A DNA stretch of 64,000 bases from Dehalococcoidia bacterium (GTDB taxonomy: Bacteria; Chloroflexota; Dehalococcoidia; Lucifugimonadales; Australimonadaceae). A program made the position numbers and the translations under genes. Where the stretch lies: NCBI GenBank assembly GCA_034421335.1, contig DAOUKL010000030.1, forward strand, positions 8,753 to 72,752, read 5' to 3'. This document shows, piece after piece, positions 56,196 through 64,000 of this stretch (its first letter is position 1; each line of letters begins with the position of its first letter). A model generated the notes under the pieces. That model was given only the letters and a program-made list of their open reading frames with translations. It did no database searches and had not been told where the DNA came from.

Positions 56196-56965
56196 GGAAC
56201 GATTCTCCGCCGCACCTGCGAGCTCCACAGGTCCACGAGCACGACCAGTCCCACCAGCACCCACAGGAACGTCCATACGCGGGCGTACGCGAGGTCCTCG
56301 AGGGCGATCTGCACCTGGAACCCCAGCCCGCCGAGCCCGACCCACCCCAGCACCGCCGCCGACCGGATGCCGCACTCGAACCGGTAGAACGTGTACGAGA
56401 GCATGTCCGGCAGCGCCATCGGCAGCCTGCCGAACAGGAACACGCGCCATTCCGAGGCCCCGGAGCGCCGTAGAGCCTCCAGCGGCGCCTGCGGCACGTC
56501 TTGCAGCAGCTCCGAGTAGATGCGCCCAAGGATGCCCCCGTAAGGAATCCCCAGCGCCAGCACCGCCGCCATCGGCGACAACCCGATGGCCGCGACGAAC
56601 AACAGCGCCCACACCAGCTCGTGGATCGCCCGGAAGAACGCCAGCGCCCCCCGGGCCGTGCCGATCTGCGCCGCGGCGCCCCGGCGCGATTTCGCCAGCG
56701 CTCCCGACGCGATCACGCCCAGTGGAATGCCGATGCACAGCGCGACCGTCATGCCCGCCACTGCGTACGCCACGGTCTGCCACGCGGCGCCGGCGGCCTT
56801 CGCAAGAAGGTCCGGCGAGAGGTCAGGCCGGAAAAGTGCCCCGAGCGTGTCGACTACCGCGCTCAGGCCCCGGGGCTTGAACACCCCCTCGCTCCAATCG
56901 ACGCCCAGCAGGCTCAGTGCGAACGCGCCGATGAGGATGAGGGTTATGACGCGCCGGCCCTCCAT
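56192..56965 (-). CDS. PhnE/PtxC-type ABC transporter permease 1
   Basis: RAIHELVWALLF, GGILGRIYSELL, YRFECGIRSAAVLGWVGLGGLG; start at ATG 56965. Confidence 0.88.
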   Translation of the reverse strand: MEGRRVITLILIGAFALSLLGVDWSEGVFKPRGLSAVVDTLGALFRPDLSPDLLAKAAGAAWQTVAYAVAGMTVALCIGIPLGVIASGALAKSRRGAAAQIGTARGALAFFRAIHELVWALLFVAAIGLSPMAAVLALGIPYGGILGRIYSELLQDVPQAPLEALRRSGASEWRVFLFGRLPMALPDMLSYTFYRFECGIRSAAVLGWVGLGGLGFQVQIALEDLAYARVWTFLWVLVGLVVLVDLWSSQVRRRIVP

Positions 56966-57008
56966 CGTCCGCGGGCCTTCCCGGGGAGGCGTCGATGTCG
57001 CCGGCGGG

Positions 57009-57752
57009 TCAGACCTCACTCCGCAGGCCTTCGATTTCGTACAGCTCCGCCAGCATGCCGTCGTGCACGTCGCACGCCGGCGCGTCGAACTGCACCACTC
57101 CGTTGCGTAGACCGATGATGCGGTCGAAGCGTTCGCGCGCCAGATCCACGGAGTGCAGGCTCGCTATGAGCGTCTCGCCGCGCTCGTCGGTAACCGCCGT
57201 CAACAAGCCCAGCGCCTCCCGCGCGCGCGCCGGATCGAGCGACGCCACCGGCTCGTCCGCGAGCACCACGGTCGGGTTCTGCACGAGCACGCGCGCGATG
57301 GCGACGCGCTGCTGCTCGCCTCCGGAGAGGCGCCCGGCGCTCTGGTGCGCGAGTTGGGCGACGCCCACCCGGTCGAGCGCCTCCATGGCCACGCGGCGCT
57401 CCTGCGGCCACACGAGCGAGAGGAGCGACCGCGCCAGGCTCCAGTCGCCGAGCCTCCCCGCCAGCACGTTGTGCAGCGCCGAGAGGTTGGGCACGAGGTC
57501 GAACTGCTGCGCAATCATGCCGACGAGCCTGGCCAGCTCGCGCCCGGGCCGGAGCCGCGCGAGGTCGCGCCCGCAAAGCTCGACCACGCCGGTCGTCGGG
57601 GCGATGGCGCCCGCCATGAGCCGCAGCAGCGTCGTCTTCCCGGCGCCGCTCGGCCCTATCACCGCCACCCGTTCGCCGCGCTCAATGGCGAAATCCAACG
57701 GCGCCAGCACGATCGTTTGACCGTAGCGCATCGATGCGCCGTCGAACCGCAC
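57009..57752 (-). CDS. PhnC-type ABC transporter ATP-binding protein
   Basis: GPSGAGKTT, LSGGEQQRVAIAR, LADEPVASLDP; start uncertain (GTG 57752 or up to 57830). Confidence 0.92.
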   Translation of the reverse strand: MRFDGASMRYGQTIVLAPLDFAIERGERVAVIGPSGAGKTTLLRLMAGAIAPTTGVVELCGRDLARLRPGRELARLVGMIAQQFDLVPNLSALHNVLAGRLGDWSLARSLLSLVWPQERRVAMEALDRVGVAQLAHQSAGRLSGGEQQRVAIARVLVQNPTVVLADEPVASLDPARAREALGLLTAVTDERGETLIASLHSVDLARERFDRIIGLRNGVVQFDAPACDVHDGMLAELYEIEGLRSEV

Positions 57753-57792
57753 GGCCGGCGCCGCCGCCGGCGCCTCCGATGGATAGAGGGCG

Positions 57793-58668
57793 CTACTCGA
57801 TAATGCCGAATTCGCGTGCGGCATCCTCAATCGCCTGGTACCTGTCGTTGCTCGTGCGAACGAACCTTTGGCCGTTGAATGACTCGGCGATCTCCTGCGC
57901 CCGCCCGCCCCGGTCGACGTCGACAGTGAGCAGCGCGTCGGTGATGTTGTCCAACGCGCCCTCGCCGAACTCGTCGTCGATCGAGGGGTGCGCCACCCAG
58001 TGGTAGTTGACGTATGCCGGCGTTCGGTAGAACACGTCGACCTTGGACGTGTCGACGTCGCCGGCCGCGACGCGCCTCTCCCACACGGCCTCGCTGAGCG
58101 CGCCGGCGTCGAACGAGCCGGCCTCCACGAGCTTCCACGTGCGGTCGTGCGAGCCGCTGAAGCTGATGGAGCTGAGCTCCGTCTCCGTGTCGACTCCCGC
58201 CTGGCTCAGGTAGTAGCGGGGCATCAGGTGCCCGGACGTCGAGCTTTCCGAGCCGAACGTCACCGTCTTGCCGCGCAGGTCTTCGAGGCTGTCGATGCCC
58301 GAACCGGGCGCCGAGACGAAGACGGAATGGAACTCGCCGTCGCGCGGGCGGTGCGCGATGGCGTTGGCCTCGGGAACAGCGATGCGCGCCTGCACGCCCG
58401 TGACGGCGCCGTACCACACCAGGTGGATGTCGCCCTGCTTGAACGACGTGACGACGGCGGCGTAGTCGGCCTGCGGCACGTAACGCACGCTGTAGCCGGT
58501 CTCTTCCGCAAGGTGCTCGGCGAGCCTGTTGAAGCGCTCTTCCAGAACGCTGACGTCCTGGTCGGGGATGCCCGCGATGAGCAGCTCCGGCGTGTCGCCG
58601 CCGTCCGAGCACGCGGCGGCGATTCCCAGCAGCGCGACGCTGGCGAGCGCCGTCAATATCTTCCTCAT
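57793..58668 (-). CDS. PhnD-family ABC substrate-binding lipoprotein, putative selenate-transporter subfamily
   Basis: Lipobox AAAC; IPDQD, DYAAVVTSF..GDIHLVWYGAVTGVQAR, FHSVFV, TFGSESSTSGHLMPRYYL, FSGSHD. Confidence 0.8.
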   Translation of the reverse strand: MRKILTALASVALLGIAAACSDGGDTPELLIAGIPDQDVSVLEERFNRLAEHLAEETGYSVRYVPQADYAAVVTSFKQGDIHLVWYGAVTGVQARIAVPEANAIAHRPRDGEFHSVFVSAPGSGIDSLEDLRGKTVTFGSESSTSGHLMPRYYLSQAGVDTETELSSISFSGSHDRTWKLVEAGSFDAGALSEAVWERRVAAGDVDTSKVDVFYRTPAYVNYHWVAHPSIDDEFGEGALDNITDALLTVDVDRGGRAQEIAESFNGQRFVRTSNDRYQAIEDAAREFGIIE

Positions 58669-58734
58669 GTTGCTCCTACCGATGAGAGGGATAGGACGCC
58701 ATGATACTGTCGAGCGACGCCAACCGGCGGTTTC

Positions 58735-58751
58735 GATTACAATTCTGCATC
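58735..58751. promoter_or_regulatory. Candidate LysR box (GA-T-N11-A-TC) in the ABC/LysR divergent region
   Basis: GATtacaattctgcATC, an AT-rich patch in GC-rich DNA, about 30 nt upstream of a TATCAT -10 on the minus strand (58701-58706). Confidence 0.4.
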
Positions 58752-58763
58752 ACAGCGCCTCAG

Positions 58764-58910
58764 TGCCCCTCCCCACGGGGGGAGGGGCAGGGGAGAGGGA
58801 GGGCTGGCCCCCTCCCCCCGAGGGGGAGAGCCAGGGAGAGGGCCGCGCGCGAAGCGCACCCCCACTCTCCCCCCGAGGGGGAGATGCCCCGAAGGGGCAG
58901 AGAGGGCGGT
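58764..58910. repeat. Composite REP-like cluster
   Basis: Several CCCCT..GGGG hairpins; CCCCCGAGGGGGAGATGCCCCGAAGGGGC is shared with 61966-62008 and is similar to 33086-33128. Confidence 0.75.
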
Positions 58911-58950
58911 TCCGTCAGGGCGCCGAATGAGAAGGGGAGAGGGCGGCACA

Positions 58951-59865
58951 ATGGACATCAGCGCGCTTCGCAGCTTCGTAGCCGTCTGCCGCGCCGGAAG
59001 CTTCCGGGAGGCGGCGCGCGAGCGCCACGTCAGCCAGCCCGGCGTCAGCCGCCACATCAAGCGGCTCGAGGCCGAACTCGGCGTGGCCCTCCTCGCGCGC
59101 AGCCAGCGCCGGGCGACTCCGACAGCCGCCGGAAGCCGCCTCTTCGCCCACGCCGTCGACGCCATCGCCGCGCACGACCGCATCATCGAGTCCCTCGCGC
59201 GCGAGGACGCCGCCGTCCGGGGCGAGCTCCTCATCGCCGCCAGCACCACGCCGGGTGAGTACCTCCTCCCCCGCCTCCTCTCCGACTTCACCGAAATCTA
59301 CCCTGACGTCCGGCCCAACGTCGTCGTCACCGACTCCGCCGCCGCCATCGCCAGCGTCGAAAGCGGCGCCTCCACCCTCGGCTTCGTCGGGATGCGGGCG
59401 CCGCACTCGGACCTGGCGTCGACGCTTTTCACGGAGGATGAACTGGTCCTCGCCGTACCCGGACGCCACCCCTTCGCGGGCAGGGCGTGGATCGACGTAT
59501 CGGAGCTGCGGGGACTGCCCTTCATCGAGCGCGAGCCGGGGTCGGGCGCGTGGGCGGGCTTCCGGCGCGCGCTCGAGCGAGCAGGCTCGCCGGAGCCCGG
59601 CTACCGGCCCGTCATGGTCGTCAATTCGACGCACGCGACGCTCGCAGCCGTGAACAGCGGTTTCGGCTTCAGCGTGGTGTCGTCGCTTGCGGTGCACGAG
59701 CACGAGTTCGAACAGGTCTACCCCGCGCGCCTCACCGGGCTCGACACGCGCCGCAGCCTCTACATGATCAAGCGCCCTTCCTGCACTGCGCCCACCGCCC
59801 TCGCCTTCGGCGACTGGGTGCTCGCACGGCTCGCGCCGGAGCGCGAGACCACCCGAGAGGAGTAG
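58951..59865 (+). CDS. LysR-family transcriptional regulator (CysL / selenium-associated type)
   Basis: LRSFVAVCRAGSFREAARERHVSQPGVSRHIKRLE, IAASTTPGEYLLPRLL; start at ATG 58951. Confidence 0.9.
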   Translation: MDISALRSFVAVCRAGSFREAARERHVSQPGVSRHIKRLEAELGVALLARSQRRATPTAAGSRLFAHAVDAIAAHDRIIESLAREDAAVRGELLIAASTTPGEYLLPRLLSDFTEIYPDVRPNVVVTDSAAAIASVESGASTLGFVGMRAPHSDLASTLFTEDELVLAVPGRHPFAGRAWIDVSELRGLPFIEREPGSGAWAGFRRALERAGSPEPGYRPVMVVNSTHATLAAVNSGFGFSVVSSLAVHEHEFEQVYPARLTGLDTRRSLYMIKRPSCTAPTALAFGDWVLARLAPERETTREE

Positions 59866-59872
59866 TCCCCAA

Positions 59873-60850
59873 ATGCCCCCTGCCTTCACCGTTGCCGTCC
59901 ACATCTCCACCGACGACGAGCGCGCCTCGGCGGTTGACGAGATCGTCCGAGGGCTCACCTCGTCGCCCAAGACGCTCAGCCCCAAGTTCCTCTATCACGA
60001 GGCCGGCGCCGGCCTGTTCGACGAGATAACGCAGCTCGAGGAGTACTACCCCACCCGTATCGAACGGTCGCTCCTCGAGTGTTTCGGCGCCGAGATCGTC
60101 GGCGACGTTCAGCCGCGGGAAATCGTCGAGCTTGGGCCCGGCAACAGCGCCAAGACCGGGCTGCTGCTACGACCGGCCCTTCAGGCGGAAACGCTGCGGC
60201 GGTACATCCCGTTCGACATCAGCGAGTCGGCGGTGCGTGAGGGCGCGGAGGCGCTCGCCGCCGCACACCCCGAACTCCCCGAGATCGCCGCCGTTATCGG
60301 CGACTTCGGGCGGCATCTCCCCTCGGTCCCGCCAGCGGAGGGGCCGCGCCTCGTCGCCTTCCTCGGCTCCACCATCGGCAACCTGCATCCGGACGAGCAG
60401 AGGGAATTCCTCGCCGACGTACGCGGGATGATGCCGGCGTCCGGCGGAGCCCTCCTCATCGGCGCCGACCTCGTAAAGGATGTGAGCGTCATCGAGGCGG
60501 CCTACAACGACGCCAGGGGCGTCACCGCGCAGTTCAACCTCAACTCCCTCAACGCCGTGAACGATCTGCTCGGCGCTCGCATCGACGTCTCCCTCTTCCG
60601 GCATTGCGCCTTCTTCAACGCCGGGCGCTCCCGCATCGAGATGCACCTCGAGGCCCTCGCCGACGTTGCGATTCCGCTGCCGGCGGGCGGCGAGGCGGTC
60701 GTCCGCGCCGGAGAAACAATCTGGACGGAGAGTTCGTACAAGTTCACGAAGGACGGCTTCGCCGCAACGCTCGCGGACGCTGGGTTCGGCAGCGCCCGCT
60801 GGTTCACCGACCCCGACGACCTCTTCGCGCTCGTCCTCGCCAAACCGTAA
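59873..60850 (+). CDS. egtD: L-histidine N(alpha)-trimethyltransferase (hercynine synthase)
   Basis: PKTLSPKFLY, LFDEITQLEEYYPTR, VELGPG, FLGSTIGNL, AYNDARGVTAQFNLN, RIEMHL, TESSYKFT. Confidence 0.93.
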   Translation: MPPAFTVAVHISTDDERASAVDEIVRGLTSSPKTLSPKFLYHEAGAGLFDEITQLEEYYPTRIERSLLECFGAEIVGDVQPREIVELGPGNSAKTGLLLRPALQAETLRRYIPFDISESAVREGAEALAAAHPELPEIAAVIGDFGRHLPSVPPAEGPRLVAFLGSTIGNLHPDEQREFLADVRGMMPASGGALLIGADLVKDVSVIEAAYNDARGVTAQFNLNSLNAVNDLLGARIDVSLFRHCAFFNAGRSRIEMHLEALADVAIPLPAGGEAVVRAGETIWTESSYKFTKDGFAATLADAGFGSARWFTDPDDLFALVLAKP

Positions 60851-60914
60851 CCCCTCCGGCCCCCTCCCTCGAAGTCGGGGGAGGGCTGGGGTGAGGGTTT
60901 GCGCGCGCAAGCGC
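60851..60914. repeat. REP-like palindrome (inverted copy of the 2380-2430 element)
   Basis: Reverse complement gcgcttgcgcgcgcaaaccctcaccccagccctcccccgacttcgagggagg aligns with 2380-2430. Confidence 0.7.
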
Positions 60915-60930
60915 GCATCCGCCGGCGTTC

Positions 60931-61890
60931 TCACCCGCGCGCCTTGAGCCTCCGGTAGGCCGCGGCTACCGCCGCCCACGCCTCGCGCGGACGCTCCGAA
61001 CGGATGGCGGTCATTTGCTCGCCCGCGCCGTAGCACCACGTCGAGATGGTTGCGACGCCGGCGTCCGCCATCGCCTCGACGGCCTGGGCTATCTCCCCCT
61101 CCCGTCCGGCCGGGAGCCCGAACGCTTGGAGCCACGCCATCGGCTCCTGGCCGCTCTCGCGGCAGGCGGCGACGACGCGCGCGCAGGCGTCGGCGACGTA
61201 GGGCGCGACGGGCTGGCCGTGCGCTCGCCACAGCGGTGAGACAGCGACGATGTCGGCAGCCCGCGCCGCGACCAGCTGCTGTTCTAGGACGTCCGCGCCC
61301 TGCTCCGGCGAGCCCGGCAGCACGCCCACCACGGCGCGCATGCCTCGCGCCCGCGCGTCGGCGCAGGCCTCGCTGATGAGGCGGGCGATGCTCCATTGCG
61401 GGAACGTCTGTCCGGCCTCGCGCTCGCGCAGGTACGCCGACATTGCCTGCTCGCAGGCGCCGCAGGCGCAGGCCTCGTCAGCCCCCGGTGGCATCGGATC
61501 GTCGAAGAACGCCGCGTCGGCCCCCGCCGCAGCCGCAGCCTCGACCCATCCGCCGAGCAGCTCCCGGAAGGCGGGCGCGTTGGGGCAGGCCACGGGGACG
61601 CGCTCGCCATTGGGCCGCGTTCGCCACGACTCGGGATGCCGCACGAGGAAGTCGCTGAACGCCTCACCGGCAAACAGGCCGCCCAGCCCCCAGCAGTCGG
61701 CCCACGCCTCCAGCCCCGCCTCGTGCGTGGCCGCGATGAGCCCGGCGCTCTCGCCGCTGTGGAACGCGAGATCGTGCTCGCTCAGCGTATGGACCACGAA
61801 ATCGCAGCCCGCATCGACGACCTCCGGCAGGTCGCGCTCGGCGAAGTGCCGGACGAACCGGTTGCCGAGATACGTGACGCCTAGCTTCAT
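60931..61890 (-). CDS. Putative TIM-barrel glycoside-hydrolase-like protein
   Basis: DCWGLGGLFAGE, HPESW, ACPNAPAF, FFDDP, CACGAC, WLQAF pattern; start at ATG 61890; family from recall only. Confidence 0.55.
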   Translation of the reverse strand: MKLGVTYLGNRFVRHFAERDLPEVVDAGCDFVVHTLSEHDLAFHSGESAGLIAATHEAGLEAWADCWGLGGLFAGEAFSDFLVRHPESWRTRPNGERVPVACPNAPAFRELLGGWVEAAAAAGADAAFFDDPMPPGADEACACGACEQAMSAYLREREAGQTFPQWSIARLISEACADARARGMRAVVGVLPGSPEQGADVLEQQLVAARAADIVAVSPLWRAHGQPVAPYVADACARVVAACRESGQEPMAWLQAFGLPAGREGEIAQAVEAMADAGVATISTWCYGAGEQMTAIRSERPREAWAAVAAAYRRLKARG

Positions 61891-61902
61891 GCGCGCAGCA
61901 TA

Positions 61903-62062
61903 CCCCCTCCCCCGAAGACGGGGGGAGGGCTCCGTCGCCCGCGAAGGCGGGAATCCATCCCCATGTCTCCCCCCGAGGGGGAGATGCCCCGAAGGGGCGG
62001 AGAGGGCGCATCCGTCGCCTGCGAAAGCAGGAATCTCGCCCCCTCCGTCGTTCGGGAGACGG
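61903..62062. repeat. Composite REP cluster (BIME-like)
   Basis: GTCGCCCGCGAAGGCGGGAATCCA (61934) and GTCGCCTGCGAAAGCAGGAATC (62014) flank the element shared with 58866-58907. Confidence 0.8.
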
Positions 62063-63343
62063 CTAGGGTGAAGAGGAGACCCCCTGCCTCTTGAGCGGCG
62101 CGAAGAGGAAGATGAGCGCGCCGGGGGCTGCAACCACGCCGCCGAGCCAGAAGATACTTTCGTACATTCCGGTAAGCCTGACTACCGCGCCCATCACGAG
62201 AGCGCCGACCGTCGCGCCGCTGAGGCTGCTGAGGAACATGATGCCGACCGTCGAGCCCTGCAGGCCGGGCGGCGAGGCGTCCATGGCGGTGGCGTTGACT
62301 ACGTCCTGGCTCGACCAGAGGAAGAGTCCAATGACCGCCAGGGTGAGGGTGATGACGAGGAACTCCGCGTGAAGGGCGACGGATGTGAACGGCACAGTGA
62401 AGTCCAACACGAGGTTGGTTTCCCCGGCGGCGGCGATGACGAGCAGGCCCGCGCCTATGACGAGCATGGCGGCGGCGATGGGGAGCCGTCGTCCGACACG
62501 GTCCGAGAAGTAGCCGAAGACCGGCCCGAAGACGACGCCGAGGAGCGTGAGCAGTCCGACGTGGAAACCGACGCCGAAGCTGTCCATGTCGAGGTCCTGT
62601 GCTAGGTAGACCGGCATGAAGCTGATGAGCCCGAAGTGCGAGAAGGAGCGGGTGAAATTGGCGTAGGCGAGGCTGACATAGACCGGGTACCGGAGCAGGC
62701 GGATGGGGTCGGTCAGCCGGGGGAGTTGGGCCTGCGCTTCGGGTTGCCTTCTGGGCGCTCCGGACAGGAGCCAGAACATGGCGATGGTGATGACGACGGC
62801 GGGGAAGAAGCTGAGGAGGGTGTAGCGCCGCCAGTCGTCGGCGAGCCAGAAGGCGAGGATGAAACCCACAGCGAGCGGCCCGAGCGCCTCGCCTGCGCCG
62901 GAGCCGGAGCCGTGATAGGCGATGGCCATGCCCTTGCGGTCCGGGAAACGCGTGCTGAGCATGGAGATGGCCGGCGGGTGCCAGAACGAGGCGGCGAGGC
63001 CTCCGAGCGAAGCAAGCGCGATGACTGGCCAGATCCAGGGCGCGAGGCCGGAGAGCATCATGAAGAGCGCGGCGAAGAAGAACGAGAGCGGGAGTATCCA
63101 GTGCCAGTAGCCGCTGAGCCGGTCTGACACGTAGCCGACGAAGAAGTTGGGGAAGCCGCCGCCGAACTGCTTGATGATGGCGATGACGGTGACCCCGGTG
63201 GCCGTCAGTTCGTACTCCTCGACGATCAGCGGGAGGAACACCGCAAACGCGGCGATGTACCAGTGCTTAAGCCCATGTCCGACGGCGATGGTAGCGATGT
63301 ACGTCGGCCCAGCCGTTCGGAAGGAGAAGGACGCCGCCGCCAT
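62063..63343 (-). CDS. MFS transporter (FSR-like)
   Basis: About 12 TM helices, GYVSDRL and GYFSDRVGRR loop motifs, FWHPPA. Confidence 0.88.
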   Translation of the reverse strand: MAAASFSFRTAGPTYIATIAVGHGLKHWYIAAFAVFLPLIVEEYELTATGVTVIAIIKQFGGGFPNFFVGYVSDRLSGYWHWILPLSFFFAALFMMLSGLAPWIWPVIALASLGGLAASFWHPPAISMLSTRFPDRKGMAIAYHGSGSGAGEALGPLAVGFILAFWLADDWRRYTLLSFFPAVVITIAMFWLLSGAPRRQPEAQAQLPRLTDPIRLLRYPVYVSLAYANFTRSFSHFGLISFMPVYLAQDLDMDSFGVGFHVGLLTLLGVVFGPVFGYFSDRVGRRLPIAAAMLVIGAGLLVIAAAGETNLVLDFTVPFTSVALHAEFLVITLTLAVIGLFLWSSQDVVNATAMDASPPGLQGSTVGIMFLSSLSGATVGALVMGAVVRLTGMYESIFWLGGVVAAPGALIFLFAPLKRQGVSSSP

Positions 63344-64000
63344 CAGGCCGCTCCCTCGCCGCAGAGCGCCACCGCCGCGCGCAAGTCCAGCAGCCCCTGG
63401 TGGATGGCTTTCCCCACGATCGCCCCCTCCAGCCCCGGAAGCTCCGCAAGTCGCCGAACGTGCTCGATCTCCGCGACCCCGCCCGACGCGATGAGCGCCG
63501 CGCCCACGCCCGCAGCGCGGGCGAGCATGCGCTCGACCGCCGCATAGTTCGGCTCGGTCAGCGCCCCGTCCCGCCCGATATCGGTGTAGATGAACCGGCG
63601 CACCCCCAGCGCCGCCATAGCGTCCAGCAGCTCCCCCGCGTCCGCCTCCCCGCTCACCGTCCAGCCGTCGACCTTCGCCACGCCGTCCCGCGCGTCGATG
63701 CCGATGGCGATGCGCTCCGGCCCGTGCCGCTCGACGACGGCGCGGACGAGTTGCGGGTCGCGCACGGCGGCGGTGCCGAGCACTACGCGCTCCACGCCGT
63801 CGTCGAACGCGGCGTCGATGTCGTCGAGCGTGCGCAGGCCGCCGCCGAGTTGGATGGGAACGCCGACGGCGCCCGCGATGGCGCGTACCTGCTCCGCCTG
63901 CGTGCGCCGCCCCTCCCGCGCACCGTCGAGATCGACTACGTGGATGCGCTCCGCGCCCTCGGCCTCGAAGCGGCGCGCCGCCGCCGCCGGGTCGCGCCCG
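63343..64000 (-). CDS. hisA: ProFAR isomerase HisA, partial (5' end outside the window)
   Basis: Frame continues to the edge: DPAAAARRFEAEGAERIHVVDLDGA, QLGGGLR, VVLGT, TDIGRDG, ASGG, GKAI. Confidence 0.95.
   Translation of the reverse strand, partial: GRDPAAAARRFEAEGAERIHVVDLDGAREGRRTQAEQVRAIAGAVGVPIQLGGGLRTLDDIDAAFDDGVERVVLGTAAVRDPQLVRAVVERHGPERIAIGIDARDGVAKVDGWTVSGEADAGELLDAMAALGVRRFIYTDIGRDGALTEPNYAAVERMLARAAGVGAALIASGGVAEIEHVRRLAELPGLEGAIVGKAIHQGLLDLRAAVALCGEGAA

Noticed and set aside
55317-58668. Phosphonate utilisation (phn) operon
   Set aside because: No C-P lyase, phnX or ptxD genes nearby; only the transporter fold is shared

Overview
High-GC bacterial chromosomal window, most likely Chloroflexota (Dehalococcoidia/SAR202-like). 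This is inferred from the rpsB-tsf(short)-pyrH-frr-uppS-cdsA-dxr-rseP-ispG order and the rplI-dnaB-dnaD-double-AAA block. Most of it is housekeeping: MEP/translation cluster, apt, cimA, rsmG, recA-rny-ymdB-PHP-plsY, tRNA-Gly, era, ribD/E/BA/H, purQ/purL, leuS, hisA. The standout is a selenium locus at about 50.1-60.9 kb. It holds a leaderless selD whose codon 17 is an in-frame UGA followed by a SECIS-like hairpin, then senA and senB (the selenoneine cassette). Next come a PhnCDE-type ABC importer resembling the putative selenate family, a divergent LysR and a co-located egtD (hercynine supply). A CMD protein and two paralogous SAM methyltransferases are transcribed divergently from selD. A second hidden selenoprotein (DUF3179 lipoprotein, UxxC, with SECIS-like hairpin) is split into two ORFs in the supplied track. 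A separate oddity at 45.4-46.7 kb is a 73-nt compact tRNA-like RNA (G3-U70, CCA, aberrant D and anticodon arms). It has its own near-consensus sigma70 promoter and 12-bp leader hairpin, sits divergent from a lower-GC putative DNA-binding gene, and is flanked by 10-bp-periodic repeats. An ORF of at least 379 aa at the left edge is absent from the track. Several REP-like palindrome families occur. All family assignments come from recalled motifs, not database searches.
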